64,000 nucleotides of DNA from Eledone cirrhosa (Eukaryota). Under the pieces are notes generated by a model. It worked only from the letters and a program-made list of their open reading frames with translations. It was not told the DNA's origin and made no database searches. This document shows, one piece after another, positions 20,201-35,200 of the stretch (positions are counted from its first letter, which is position 1; each line of letters begins with the position of its first letter). The stretch is from contig OZ024742.1 of NCBI GenBank assembly GCA_964016885.1, positions 32,054,001-32,118,000 on the forward strand. Reading direction: 5' to 3'. The position numbers and the translations under genes were made by a program.

Positions 20201-23200
20201 CACAATAGCAAGACCACATTAGCAAGACCACATTAGCAAGAACACAATAGCAAGACCACAATAGCAAGACCACATTACCAAGACCACAATAGCAAGACCA
20301 CTTTAGCAAGAACACAATAGCAAGAACACAATAGCAATACCACAATAGCAAGACCACAATAGCAAGACCACAATAGCAAGACCACATTAGCAAGACCACA
20401 TTAGGAAGACCACATTAGCAAGACCACACTAGCAAGACCACAATAGCAAGACCACTTTAGCAAGACCATATTAGCAAGACCTCAATAGCAAGACCACAAT
20501 AGCAAGACCACATTAGCAAGACCATATTAGCAAGACCACATTACCAAGACCAATTTAGCAAGACCACAATAGCAAGACCACATTAGCAAGACCACATTAG
20601 CAAGACCACACTAGCAAGACCACAATAACAAGACCACTTGAGCAAGACCACATAAGCAAGACCACATTAGGAAGGCCACATTAGCAAGACCACATTAGCA
20701 AGACCACATTACACAGACCACAATAGCAAGACCAATTTAGCAAGAACACAATAGTAAAAACACAATAGCAAGACCACAATAGCATTACCTCAATAGCAAG
20801 ACCACATTAGCAAGACCACATTAGCAAGACCACACTAGCAAGACCACAATAGCAAGACCACATTAGCAAGACCACATTAGGAACGCCACATTAGCAGGAC
20901 CACAATAGCAAGACCACAATAGCAAGATCACTTTAGCAAGACCACATTAGCAAGACCACAATAGCAAGAGCACATTAGCAAGACCACACTAGCAAGACCA
21001 CATTAGCAAGACCACAATAGCAAAACCACATTAGCAAGACTACAGTAGCAAGACCACTTTAGCAAGACCACATTAGCAAGACCACAATAGCAAAACCACA
21101 TTAGCAAGACCACATTAGCAAGACCTCTTTAGCAAGACCACAATAGCAAGACCACAATAGAAAGACCACATTAACAAGACCACATTAGCAAGACCACATT
21201 ACCAAGATCACTTTAGCAAGACCACATTAGCAAGACCACATTAGGAAGACCACATTAGCAAGACCACTTTAGCAAGATAACATTAGCAAGACCACATTAG
21301 CAAGAGCAAATTAGCAAGACCACAATAGCAAGACCACATTAGCAAGACCACACTAGCAAGACCACAATAGCAAGACCACTTTAGCAAGACCATTTTAGCA
21401 AGACCTCAATAGCAAGACCACAATAGCAAGACCACATTAGCAAGACCATATTAGCAAGACCACATTACCAAGACCAGTTTAGCAAGACCACAATAGCAAG
21501 ACCACATTAGCAAGACCACATTAGCAAGACCACACTAGCAAGACCACAATAACAAGACCACTTTAGCAAGAACACAAGAGCAAGTACACAATACCAAGAC
21601 CACAATAGCATTACCTCAATAGCAAGACCACAATAGCAAGACCACATTAGCAAGACCACATTAGGAAGGCCACATTAGCAAGACCACATTAGCAAGACCA
21701 CATTACCAAGACCACAATAGCAAGACCACTTTAGCAAGAACACAAGAGCAAGTACACAATACCAAGACCACAATAGCATTACCTCAATAGCAAGACCACA
21801 ATAGCAAGACCACATTAGCAAGACCACATTAGCAAGACCACATTAGCAAGACCACACTAGCAAGACCACTTTAGCAAGACCACATTAGCAAGACCACATT
21901 AGGAAGGCCACATTAGCAAGACCACAATAGCAACACCACACTAGCAAGACCACAATAGCAAGACCACTTTAGCAAGAGCACATTAGCAAGACCACAAGAG
22001 CAAGAGCACATTAGCAAGACCACACTAGCAAGACCACTTTAGCAAGACCACTTTAGCAAGACCACATTAGCAAGACCACAATAGCAAAACCACATTAGCA
22101 AGACCACATTAGCAAGACCACTTTAGCAAGACCACATTAGCAAGACCACAAAAGCAAGACCACATTAACAAGACCACATTAGCAAGACCACATTACCAAG
22201 ATCAATTTAGCAAGACCACATTAGCAAGACCACATTAGCAAGACCACATTAGCAAGACCACTTTAGCAAGACCACATTAGTAAGACCACATTAGCAAGAG
22301 CAAATTAGCAAGACCACAATAGCAAGACCACATTAGCAAGACCAATTTAGCAAGACCACTTTAGCAAGAGCACATAAGCAAGACCACATTAGCAAGACCA
22401 CTTTAGCAAGAGCACATTAGCAAGACCACATTAGCAAGACAACATTAGCAAGACCACAATAGCAAGACCACATTAGCAAGACGACAATAGCAAGACCACA
22501 TTAGCAAGACCACAATAGCAAGACCACATTAGCAAGACCACATTAGCAAGAACACAATAGCAAGACCACAATAGCAAGACCACATTACCAAGACCACAAT
22601 AGCAAGACCACTTTAGCAAGAACACAATAGCAAGAACACAATAGCAATACCACAATAGCAAGACCACAATAGCAAGACCACAATAGCAAGACCACATTAG
22701 CAAGACCACATTAGCAAGACCACATTAGCAAGACCACACTAGCAAGACCACAATAGCAAGACCACTTTAGCAAGACCATATTAGCAAGACCTCAATAGCA
22801 AGACCACAATAGCAAGACCACATTAGCAAGACCATATTAGCAAGACCACATTACCAAGACCAGTTTAGCAAGACCACAATAGCAAGACCACATTAGCAAG
22901 ACCACATTAGCAAGACCACACTAGCAAGACCACAATAACAAGACCACTTGAGCAAGACCACATAAGCAAGACCACATTAGGAAGGCCACATTAGCAAGAC
23001 CACATTAGCAAGACCACATTACCAAGACCACAATAGCAAGACCAATTTAGCAAGAACACAATAGTAAAAACACAATAGCAAGACCACAATAGCATTACCT
23101 CAATAGCAAGACCACAATAGCAAGACCACATTAGCAAGACCACATTAGCAAGACCACACTAGCAAGACCACAATAGCAAGACCACATTAGCAAGACCACA

Positions 23201-26200
23201 TTAGGAAGGCCACATTAGCAGGACCACAATAGCAAGACCACAATAGCAAGATCACTTTAGCAAGACCACATTAGCAAGACCACAATAGCAAGAGCACATT
23301 AGCAAGACCACACTAGCAAGACCACATTAGCAAGACCACAATAGCAAAACCACATTAGCAAGACTACAGTAGCAAGACCACTTTAGCAAGACCACATTAG
23401 CAAGACCACAATAGCAAAACCACATTAGCAAGACCACATTAGCAAGACCTCTTTAGCAAGACCACAATAGCAAGACCACAATAGAAAGACCACATTAACA
23501 AGACCACATTAGCAAGACCGCATTACCAAGATCACTTTAGCAAGACCACATTGGCAAGACCACATTAGCAAGACCACATTAGCAAGACCACTTTAGCAAG
23601 ACCACATTAGCAAGACCACATTAGCAAGAGCAAATTAGCAAGACCACAATAGCAAGACCACATTAGCAAGACCACATTAGCAAGATCACAATAGCAAGAC
23701 CACAATAGCAAGACCACATTAGCAAGACCACATTAGCAAGACCACAATAGCAAGACCACATTAGCAAGACCACATTAGCAAGACCACAATAGCAAGACCA
23801 CATTAGCAAGACCACTTTTGCAAGACCACATTAGCAAGACCACAATAGCAAGACCACTTTAGCAAGACCACATTAGCAAGACCACATTAGCAAGACCACT
23901 TTAGCAAGACCACAATAGCAAGACCACATTAGCAAGACCACTTTAGCAAGACCACATTAGTAAGACCACATTAGCAAGAGCAAATTAGCAAGACCACAAT
24001 AGCAAGACCACATTAGCAAGACCAATTTAGCAAGACCACTTTAGCAAGAGCACATAAGCTGGACCACATTAGCAAGACCACATTAGCAAGACAACATTAG
24101 CAAGACCACAATAGCAAGACCACATTAGCAAGACCACATTAGCAAGAACACAATAGCAAGACCACAATAGTAAGACCACATTACCAAGACCACAATAGCA
24201 AGACCACTTTAGCAAGAACACAATAGCAAGAACACAATAGCAATACCACAATAGCAAGACCACAATAGCAAGACCACAAGAGCAAGACCACATTAGCAAG
24301 ACCACATTAGCAAGACCACATTAGCAAGACCACACTAGCAAGACCACAATAGCAAGACCACTTTAGCAAGACCATATTAGCAAGACCTCAATAGCAAGAC
24401 CACAATAGCAAGACCACATTAGCAAGACCATATTAGCAAGACCACATTAACAAGACCAGTTTAGCAAGACCACAATAGCAAGACCACATTAGCAAGACCA
24501 CATTAGCAAGACCACACTAGCAAGACCACAATAACAAGACCACTTGAGCAAGACCACATAAGCAAGACCACATTAGGAAGGCCACATTAGCAAGACCACA
24601 TTAGCAAGACCACATTACCAAGACCACAATAGCAAGACCAATTTAGCAAGAACACAATAGTAAAAACACAATAGCAAGACCACAATAGCATTACCTCAAT
24701 AGCAAGACCACAATAGCAAGACCACATTAGCAAGACCACATTAGCAAGACCACACTAGCAAGACCACAATAGCAAGACCACATTAGCAAGACCACATTAG
24801 GAAGGCCACATTAGCAGGACCACAATAGCAAGACCACACTAGCAAGACCACTTTAGCAAGACCACTTTAGCAAGACCACATTAGCAAGACCACAATAGCA
24901 AAACCACATTAGCAAGACCACATTAGCAAGACCACTTTAGCAAGACCACATTAGCAAGACCACAAAAGCAAGACCACATTAACAAGACCACATTAGCAAG
25001 ACCACATTACCAAGATCAATTTAGCAAGACCACATTAGCAAGACCACATTAGCAAGACCACTTTAGCAAGAGCACATAAGCAAGACCACATTAGCAAGAC
25101 CACTTTAGCAAGAGCACATTAGCAAGTCCACATTAGCAGGACAACATTAGCAAGACCACAATAGCAAGACCACATTAGCAAGTCGACAATAGCAAGACCA
25201 CATTAGCAAGACCACAATAGCAAGACCACATTAGCAAGACCACATTAGCAAGAACACAATAGCAAGACCACAATAGCAAGACCACATTACCAAGACCACA
25301 ATAGCAAGACCACTTTAGCAAGAACACAATAGCAAGAACACAATAGCAATACCACAATAGCAAGACCACAATAGCAAGACCACAATAGCAAGACCACATT
25401 AGCAAGACCACATTAGCAAGACCACATTAGCAAGACCACACTAGCAAGACCACAATAGCAAGACCACTTTAGCAAGACCATATTAGCAAGACCTCAATAG
25501 CAAGACCACAATAGCAAGACCACATTAGCAAGACCATATTAGCAAGACCACATTACCAAGACCAATTTAGCAAGACCACAATAGCAAGACCACATTAGCA
25601 AGACCACATTAGCAAGACCACACTAGCAAGACCACAATAACAAGACCACTTGAGCAAGACCACATAAGCAAGACCACATTAGGAAGGCCACATTAGCAAG
25701 ACCACATTAGCTAGACCACATTACACAGACCACAATAGCAAGACCAATTTAGCAAGAACACAATAGTAAAAACACAATAGCAAGACCACAATAGCATTAC
25801 CTCAATAGCAAGACCACATTAGCAAGACCACATTAGCAAGACCACACTAGCAAGACCACAATAGCAAGACCACATTAGCAAGACCACATTAGGAACGCCA
25901 CATTAGCAGGACCACAATAGCAAGACCACAATAGCAAGATCACTTTAGCAAGACCACATTAGCAAGACCACAATAGCAAGAGCACATTAGCAAGACCACA
26001 CTAGCAAGACCACATTAGCAAGACCACAATAGCAAAACCACATTAGCAAGACTACAGTAGCAAGACCACTTTAGCAAGACCACATTAGCAAGACCACAAT
26101 AGCAAAACCACATTAGCAAGACCACATTAGCAAGACCTCTTTAGCAAGACCACAATAGCAAGACCACAATAGAAAGACCACATTAACAAGACCACATTAG

Positions 26201-29200
26201 CAAGACCACATTACCAAGATCACTTTAGCAAGACCACATTAGCAAGACCACATTAGCAAGACCACATTAGCAAGACCACTTTAGCAAGATAACATTAGCA
26301 AGACCACATTAGCAAGAGCAAATTAGCAAGACCACAATAGCAAGACCACATTAGCAAGACCACACTAGCAAGACCACAATAGCAAGACCACTTTAGCAAG
26401 ACCATATTAGCAAGACCTCAATAGCAAGACCACAATAGCAAGACCACATTAGCAAGACCATATTAGCAAGACCACATTACCAAGACCAGTTTAGCAAGAC
26501 CACAATAGCAAGACCACATTAGCAAGACCACATTAGCAAGACCACACTAGCAAGACCACAATAACAAGACCACTTTAGCAAGAACACAAGAGCAAGTACA
26601 CAATACCAAGACCACAATAGCATTACCTCAATAGCAAGACCACAATAGCAAGACCACATTAGCAAGACCACATTAGGAAGGCCACATTAGCAAGACCACA
26701 TTAGCAAGACCACAATAGCAAGACCACTTTAGCAAGAACACAAGAGCAAGTACACAATACCAAGACCACAATAGCATTACCTCAATAGCAAGACCACAAT
26801 AGCAAGACCACATTAGCAAGACCACATTAGCAAGACCACATTAGCAAGACCACACTAGCAAGACCACTTTAGCAAGACCACATTAGCAAGACCACATTAG
26901 GAAGGCCACATTAGCAAGACCACAATAGCAACACCACACTAGCAAGACCACAATAGCAAGACCACTTTAGCAAGAGCACATTAGCAAGACCACAAGAGCA
27001 AGAGCACATTAGCAAGACCACACTAGCAAGACCACTTTAGCAAGACCACTTTAGCAAGACCACATTAGCAAGACCACAATAGCAAAACCACATTAGCAAG
27101 ACCACATTAGCAAGACCACTTTAGCAAGACCACATTAGCAAGACCACAAAAGCAAGACCACATTAACAAGACCACATTAGCAAGACCACATTACCAAGAT
27201 CAATTTAGCAAGACCACATTAGCAAGACCACATTAGCAAGACCACTTTAGCAAGACCACATTAGTAAGACCACATTAGCAAGAGCAAATTAGCAAGACCA
27301 CAATAGCAAGACCACATTAGCAAGACCAATTTAGCAAGACCACTTTAGCAAGAGCACATAAGCAAGACCACATTAGCAAGACCACTTTAGCAAGAGCACA
27401 TTAGCAAGACCACATTAGCAAGACAACATTAGCAAGACCACAATAGCAAGACCACATTAGCAAGACGACAATAGCAAGACCACATTAGCAAGACCACAAT
27501 AGCAAGACCACATTAGCAAGACCACATTAGCAAGAACACAATAGCAAGACCACAATAGCAAGACCACATTACCAAGACCACAATAGCAAGACCACTTTAG
27601 CAAGAACACAATAGCAAGAACACAATAGCAATACCACAATAGCAAGACCACAATAGCAAGACCACAATAGCAAGACCACATTAGCAAGACCACATTAGCA
27701 AGACCACATTAGCAAGACCACACTAGCAAGACCACAATAGCAAGACCACTTTAGCAAGACCATATTAGCAAGACCTCAATAGCAAGACCACAATAGCAAG
27801 ACCACATTAGAAAGACCATATTAGCAAGACCACATTACCAAGACCAGTTTAGCAAGACCACAATAGCAAGACCACATTAGCAAGACCACATTAGCAAGAC
27901 CACACTAGCAAGACCACAATAACAAGACCACTTGAGCAAGACCACATAAGCAAGACCACATTAGGAAGGCCACATTAGCAAGACCACATTAGCAAGACCA
28001 CATTACCAAGACCACAATAGCAAGACCAATTTAGCAAGAACACAATAGTAAAAACACAATAGCAAGACCACAATAGCATTACCTCAATAGCAAGACCACA
28101 ATAGCAAGACCACATTAGCAAGACCACATTAGCAAGACCACACTAGCAAGACCACAATAGCAAGACCACATTAGCAAGACCACATTAGGAAGGCCACATT
28201 AGCAGGACCACAATAGCAAGACCACAATAGCAAGATCACTTTAGCAAGACCACATTAGCAAGACCACAATAGCAAGAGCACATTAGCAAGACCACACTAG
28301 CAAGACCACATTAGCAAGACCACAATAGCAAAACCACATTAGCAAGACTACAGTAGCAAGACCACTTTAGCAAGACCACATTAGCAAGACCACAATAGCA
28401 AAACCACATTAGCAAGACCACATTAGCAAGACCTCTTTAGCAAGACCACAATAGCAAGACCACAATAGAAAGACCACATTAACAAGACCACATTAGCAAG
28501 ACCGCATTACCAAGATCACTTTAGCAAGACCACATTGGCAAGACCACATTAGCAAGACCACATTAGCAAGACCACTTTAGCAAGACCACATTAGCAAGAC
28601 CACATTAGCAAGAGCAAATTAGCAAGACCACAATAGCAAGACCACATTAGCAAGACCACATTAGCAAGATCACAATAGCAAGACCACAATAGCAAGACCA
28701 CATTAGCAAGACCACATTAGCAATACCACAATAGCAAGACCACATTAGCAAGACCACATTAGCAAGACCACAATAGCAAGACCACATTAGCAAGACCACT
28801 TTTGCAAGACCACATTAGCAAGACCACAATAGCAAGACCACTTTAGCAAGACCACATTAGCAAGACCACATTAGCAAGACCACTTTAGCAAGACCACAAT
28901 AGCAAGACCACATTAGCAAGACCACTTTAGCAAGACCACATTAGTAAGACCACATTAGCAAGAGCAAATTAGCAAGACCACAATAGCAAGACCACATTAG
29001 CAAGACCAATTTAGCAAGACCACTTTAGCAAGAGCACATAAGCTGGACCACATTAGCAAGACCACATTAGCAAGACAACATTAGCAAGACCACAATAGCA
29101 AGACCACATTAGCAAGACCACATTAGCAAGAACACAATAGCAAGACCACAATAGCAAGACCACATTACCAAGACCACAATAGCAAGACCACTTTAGCAAG

Positions 29201-32200
29201 AACACAATAGCAAGAACACAATAGCAATACCACAATAGCAAGACCACAATAGCAAGACCACAATAGCAAGACCACATTAGCAAGACCACATTAGCAAGAC
29301 CACATTAGCAAGACCATTTTAGCCAGACCACAATAGCAAGACCACATTAGCAAGACCACAATAGCAAGACCACATTAGCAAGACCACATTACCAAGACCA
29401 CAATAGCAAGACCACATTAGCAAGACCACATTAGCAAGACCACAATAGCAAGACCACATTAGCAAGACCACAATAGCAAGACCACTTCAGCAAGAACACA
29501 ATAGCAAGACCACAATAGCAAGACCACATTACCAAGACCACAATAGCAAGACCACTTTAGCAAGAACACAATATCAAGAACACAATAGCAATACCACAAT
29601 AGCAAGACCACAATAGCAAGACCAAAATAGCAAGACCACATTAGCAAGACCACATTAGCAAGACCACATTAACAAGACCACACTAGCAAGACCACAATAG
29701 CAAGACCACTTTAGCAAGACCATATTAGCAAGACCTCAATAGCAAGACCACAATAGCAAGACCACATTAGCAAGACCGCATTAGCAAGACCACATTAGCA
29801 AGACCACACTAGCAAGACCACAATAGCAAGACCACATTAGCAAGACCACATTAGGAAGGCCACATTAGCAGGACCACAATAGCAAGACCACAATAGCAAG
29901 ACCACAATAGCAAGACCACTTTAGCAAGACCACATTAGCAAGACCACAATAGCAAGAGCACATTAGCAAGACCACACTAGCAAGACCACATTAGCAAGAC
30001 CACAATAGCAAGACCACTTCAGCAAGACCACATTAGCAAGACCACATTAGGAAGGCCACATTAGCAAGACCACAATAGCAAGACCACACTAGCAAGACCA
30101 CAATAGCAAGACCACTTTAGTAAGACCACATTAACAAGACCACAATAGCAAGAGCACATTAGCAAGACCACACTAGCAAGACCACTTTAGCAAGACCACA
30201 ATAGCAAGACCACATTAGCAAGACCACATTAGCAAGACCACAATAGAAAAACCACATTAGCAAGACCACATTAGCAAGACCACTTTAGCAAGACCACATT
30301 AGCAAGACCACAATAGCAAAACCACATTAGCAAGACCACATTAGCAAGACCACATTAGCAAGACCACATTAGCAAGACCACACTAGCAAGACCACAATAG
30401 CAAGACCACTTTAGCAAGACCATATTAGCAAGACCTCAATAGCAAGACCACAATAGCAAGACCACATTAGCAAGACCATATTAGCAAGACCACATTACCG
30501 AGACCAGTTTAGCAAGACCACAATAGCAAGACCACATTAGCAAGACCACATTAGCAAGACCACACTAGCAAGACCACAATAACAAGACCACTTGAGCAAG
30601 ACCACATTAGCAAGACCACATTAGGAAGGCCACATTAGCAAGACCACATTAGCAAGACCACATTACCAAGACCACAATAGCAAGACCACTTTAGCAAGAA
30701 CACAAGAGCAAGTACACAATACCAAGACCACAATAGCATTACCTCAATAGCAAGACCACAATAGCAAGACCACATTAGCAAGACCACATTAGCAAGACCA
30801 CATTAGCAAGACCACACTAGCAAGACCACTTTAGCAAGACCACATTAGCAAGACCACATTAGGAAGGCCACATTAGCAAGACCACAATAGCAAGACCACA
30901 CTAGCAAGACCACAATAGCAAGACCACTTTAGCAAGACCACATTAGCAAGACCACAAGAGCAAGAGCACATTAGCAAGACCACACTAGCAAGACCACTTT
31001 AGCAAGACCACTTTAGCAAGACCACATTAGCAAGACCACAATAGCAAAACCACATTAGCAAGACCACATTAGCAAGACCACTTTAGCAAGACCACATTAG
31101 CAAGACCACAAAAGCAAGACCACATTAACAAGACCACATTAGCAAGACCACATTACCAAGATCAATTTAGCAAGACCACATTAGCAAGACCACATTAGCA
31201 AGACCACATTAGCAAGACCACTTTAGCAAGACCACATTAGTAAGACCACATTAGCAAGAGCAAATTAGCAAGACCACAATAGCAAGACCACATTAGCAAG
31301 ACCAATTTAGCAAGACCACTTTAGCAAGAGCACATAAGCAAGACCACATTAGCAAGACCACTTTAGCAAGAGCACATTAGCAAGTCCACATTAGCAGGAC
31401 AACATTAGCAAGACCACAATAGCAAGACCACATTAGCAAGACCACATTAGCAAGACCACAATAGCAAGACCACATTAGCAAGACCACATTAGCAAGAACA
31501 CAATAGCAAGACCACAATAGCAAGACCACATTACCAAGACCACAATAGCAAGACCACTTTAGCAAGAACACAATAGCAAGAACACAATAGCAATACCACA
31601 ATAGCAAGACCACAATAGCAAGACCACAATAGCAAGACCACATTAGCAAGACCACATTAGGAAGACCACATTAGCAAGACCACACTAGCAAGACCACAAT
31701 AGCAAGACCACTTTAGCAAGACCATATTAGCAAGACCTCAATAGCAAGACCACAATAGCAAGACCACATTAGCAAGACCATATTAGCAAGACCACATTAC
31801 CAAGACCAATTTAGCAAGACCACAATAGCAAGACCACATTAGCAAGACCACATTAGCAAGACCACACTAGCAAGACCACAATAACAAGACCACTTGAGCA
31901 AGACCACATAAGCAAGACCACATTAGGAAGGCCACATTAGCAAGACCACATTAGCAAGACCACATTACACAGACCACAATAGCAAGACCAATTTAGCAAG
32001 AACACAATAGTAAAAACACAATAGCAAGACCACAATAGCATTACCTCAATAGCAAGACCACATTAGCAAGACCACATTAGCAAGACCACACTAGCAAGAC
32101 CACAATAGCAAGACCACATTAGCAAGACCACATTAGGAACGCCACATTAGCAGGACCACAATAGCAAGACCACAATAGCAAGATCACTTTAGCAAGACCA

Positions 32201-35200
32201 CATTAGCAAGACCACAATAGCAAGAGCACATTAGCAAGACCACACTAGCAAGACCACATTAGCAAGACCACAATAGCAAAACCACATTAGCAAGACTACA
32301 GTAGCAAGACCACTTTAGCAAGACCACATTAGCAAGACCACAATAGCAAAACCACATTAGCAAGACCACATTAGCAAGACCTCTTTAGCAAGACCACAAT
32401 AGCAAGACCACAATAGAAAGACCACATTAACAAGACCACATTAGCAAGACCACATTACCAAGATCACTTTAGCAAGACCACATTAGCAAGACCACATTAG
32501 GAAGACCACATTAGCAAGACCACTTTAGCAAGATAACATTAGCAAGACCACATTAGCAAGAGCAAATTAGCAAGACCACAATAGCAAGACCACATTAGCA
32601 AGACCACACTAGCAAGACCACAATAGCAAGACCACTTTAGCAAGACCATTTTAGCAAGACCTCAATAGCAAGACCACAATAGCAAGACCACATTAGCAAG
32701 ACCATATTAGCAAGACCACATTACCAAGACCAGTTTAGCAAGACCACAATAGCAAGACCACATTAGCAAGACCACATTAGCAAGACCACACTAGCAAGAC
32801 CACAATAACAAGACCACTTTAGCAAGAACACAAGAGCAAGTACACAATACCAAGACCACAATAGCATTACCTCAATAGCAAGACCACAATAGCAAGACCA
32901 CATTAGCAAGACCACATTAGGAAGGCCACATTAGCAAGACCACATTAGCAAGACCACATTACCAAGACCACAATAGCAAGACCACTTTAGCAAGAACACA
33001 AGAGCAAGTACACAATACCAAGACCACAATAGCATTACCTCAATAGCAAGACCACAATAGCAAGACCACATTAGCAAGACCACATTAGCAAGACCACATT
33101 AGCAAGACCACACTAGCAAGACCACTTTAGCAAGACCACATTAGCAAGACCACATTAGGAAGGCCACATTAGCAAGACCACAATAGCAACACCACACTAG
33201 CAAGACCACAATAGCAAGACCACTTTAGCAAGAGCACATTAGCAAGACCACAAGAGCAAGAGCACATTAGCAAGACCACACTAGCAAGACCACTTTAGCA
33301 AGACCACTTTAGCAAGACCACATTAGCAAGACCACAATAGCAAAACCACATTAGCAAGACCACATTAGCAAGACCACTTTAGCAAGACCACATTAGCAAG
33401 ACCACAAAAGCAAGACCACATTAACAAGACCACATTAGCAAGACCACATTACCAAGATCAATTTAGCAAGACCACATTAGCAAGACCACATTAGCAAGAC
33501 CACATTAGCAAGACCACTTTAGCAAGACCACATTAGTAAGACCACATTAGCAAGAGCAAATTAGCAAGACCACAATAGCAAGACCACATTAGCAAGACCA
33601 ATTTAGCAAGGCCACTTTAGCAAGAGCACATAAGCAAGACCACATTAGCAAGACCACTTTAGCAAGAGCACATTAGCAAGACCACATTAGCAAGACAACA
33701 TTAGCAAGACCACAATAGCAAGACCACATTAGCAAGACGACAATAGCAAGACCACATTAGCAAGACCACAATAGCAAGACCACATTAGCAAGACCACATT
33801 AGCAAGAACACAATAGCAAGACCACAATAGCAAGACCACATTACCAAGACCACAATAGCAAGACCACTTTAGCAAGAACACAATAGCAAGAACACAATAG
33901 CAATACCACAATAGCAAGACCACAATAGCAAGACCACAATAGCAAGACCACATTAGCAAGACCACATTAGCAAGACCACATTAGCAAGACCACACTAGCA
34001 AGACCACAATAGCAAGACCACTTTAGCAAGACCATATTAGCAAGACCTCAATAGCAAGACCACAATAGCAAGACCACATTAGCAAGACCATATTAGCAAG
34101 ACCACATTACCAAGACCAGTTTAGCAAGACCACAATAGCAAGACCACATTAGCAAGACCACATTAGCAAGACCACACTAGCAAGACCACAATAACAAGAC
34201 CACTTGAGCAAGACCACATAAGCAAGACCACATTAGGAAGGCCACATTAGCAAGACCACATTAGCAAGACCACATTACCAAGACCACAATAGCAAGACCA
34301 ATTTAGCAAGAACACAATAGTAAAAACACAATAGCAAGACCACAATAGCATTACCTCAATAGCAAGACCACAATAGCAAGACCACATTAGCAAGACCACA
34401 TTAGCAAGACCACACTAGCAAGACCACAATAGCAAGACCACATTAGCAAGACCACATTAGGAAGGCCACATTAGCAGGACCACAATAGCAAGACCACAAT
34501 AGCAAGATCACTTTAGCAAGACCACATTAGCAAGACCACAATAGCAAGAGCACATTAGCAAGACCACACTAGCAAGACCACATTAGCAAGACCACAATAG
34601 CAAAACCACATTAGCAAGACTACAGTAGCAAGACCACTTTAGCAAGACCACATTAGCAAGACCACAATAGCAAAACCACATTAGCAAGACCACATTAGCA
34701 AGACCTCTTTAGCAAGACCACAATAGCAAGACCACAATAGAAAGACCACATTAACAAGACCACATTAGCAAGACCGCATTACCAAGATCACTTTAGCAAG
34801 ACCACATTGGCAAGACCACATTAGCAAGACCACATTAGCAAGACCACTTTAGCAAGACCACATTAGCAAGACCACATTAGCAAGAGCAAATTAGCAAGAC
34901 CACAATAGCAAGACCACATTAGCAAGACCACATTAGCAAGATCACAATAGCAAGACCACAATAGCAAGACCACATTAGCAAGACCACATTAGCAAGACCA
35001 CAATAGCAAGACCACATTAGCAAGACCACATTAGCAAGACCACAATAGCAAGACCACATTAGCAAGACCACTTTTGCAAGACCACATTAGCAAGACCACA
35101 ATAGCAAGACCACTTTAGCAAGACCACATTAGCAAGACCACATTAGCAAGACCACTTTAGCAAGACCACAATAGCAAGACCACATTAGCAAGACCACTTT

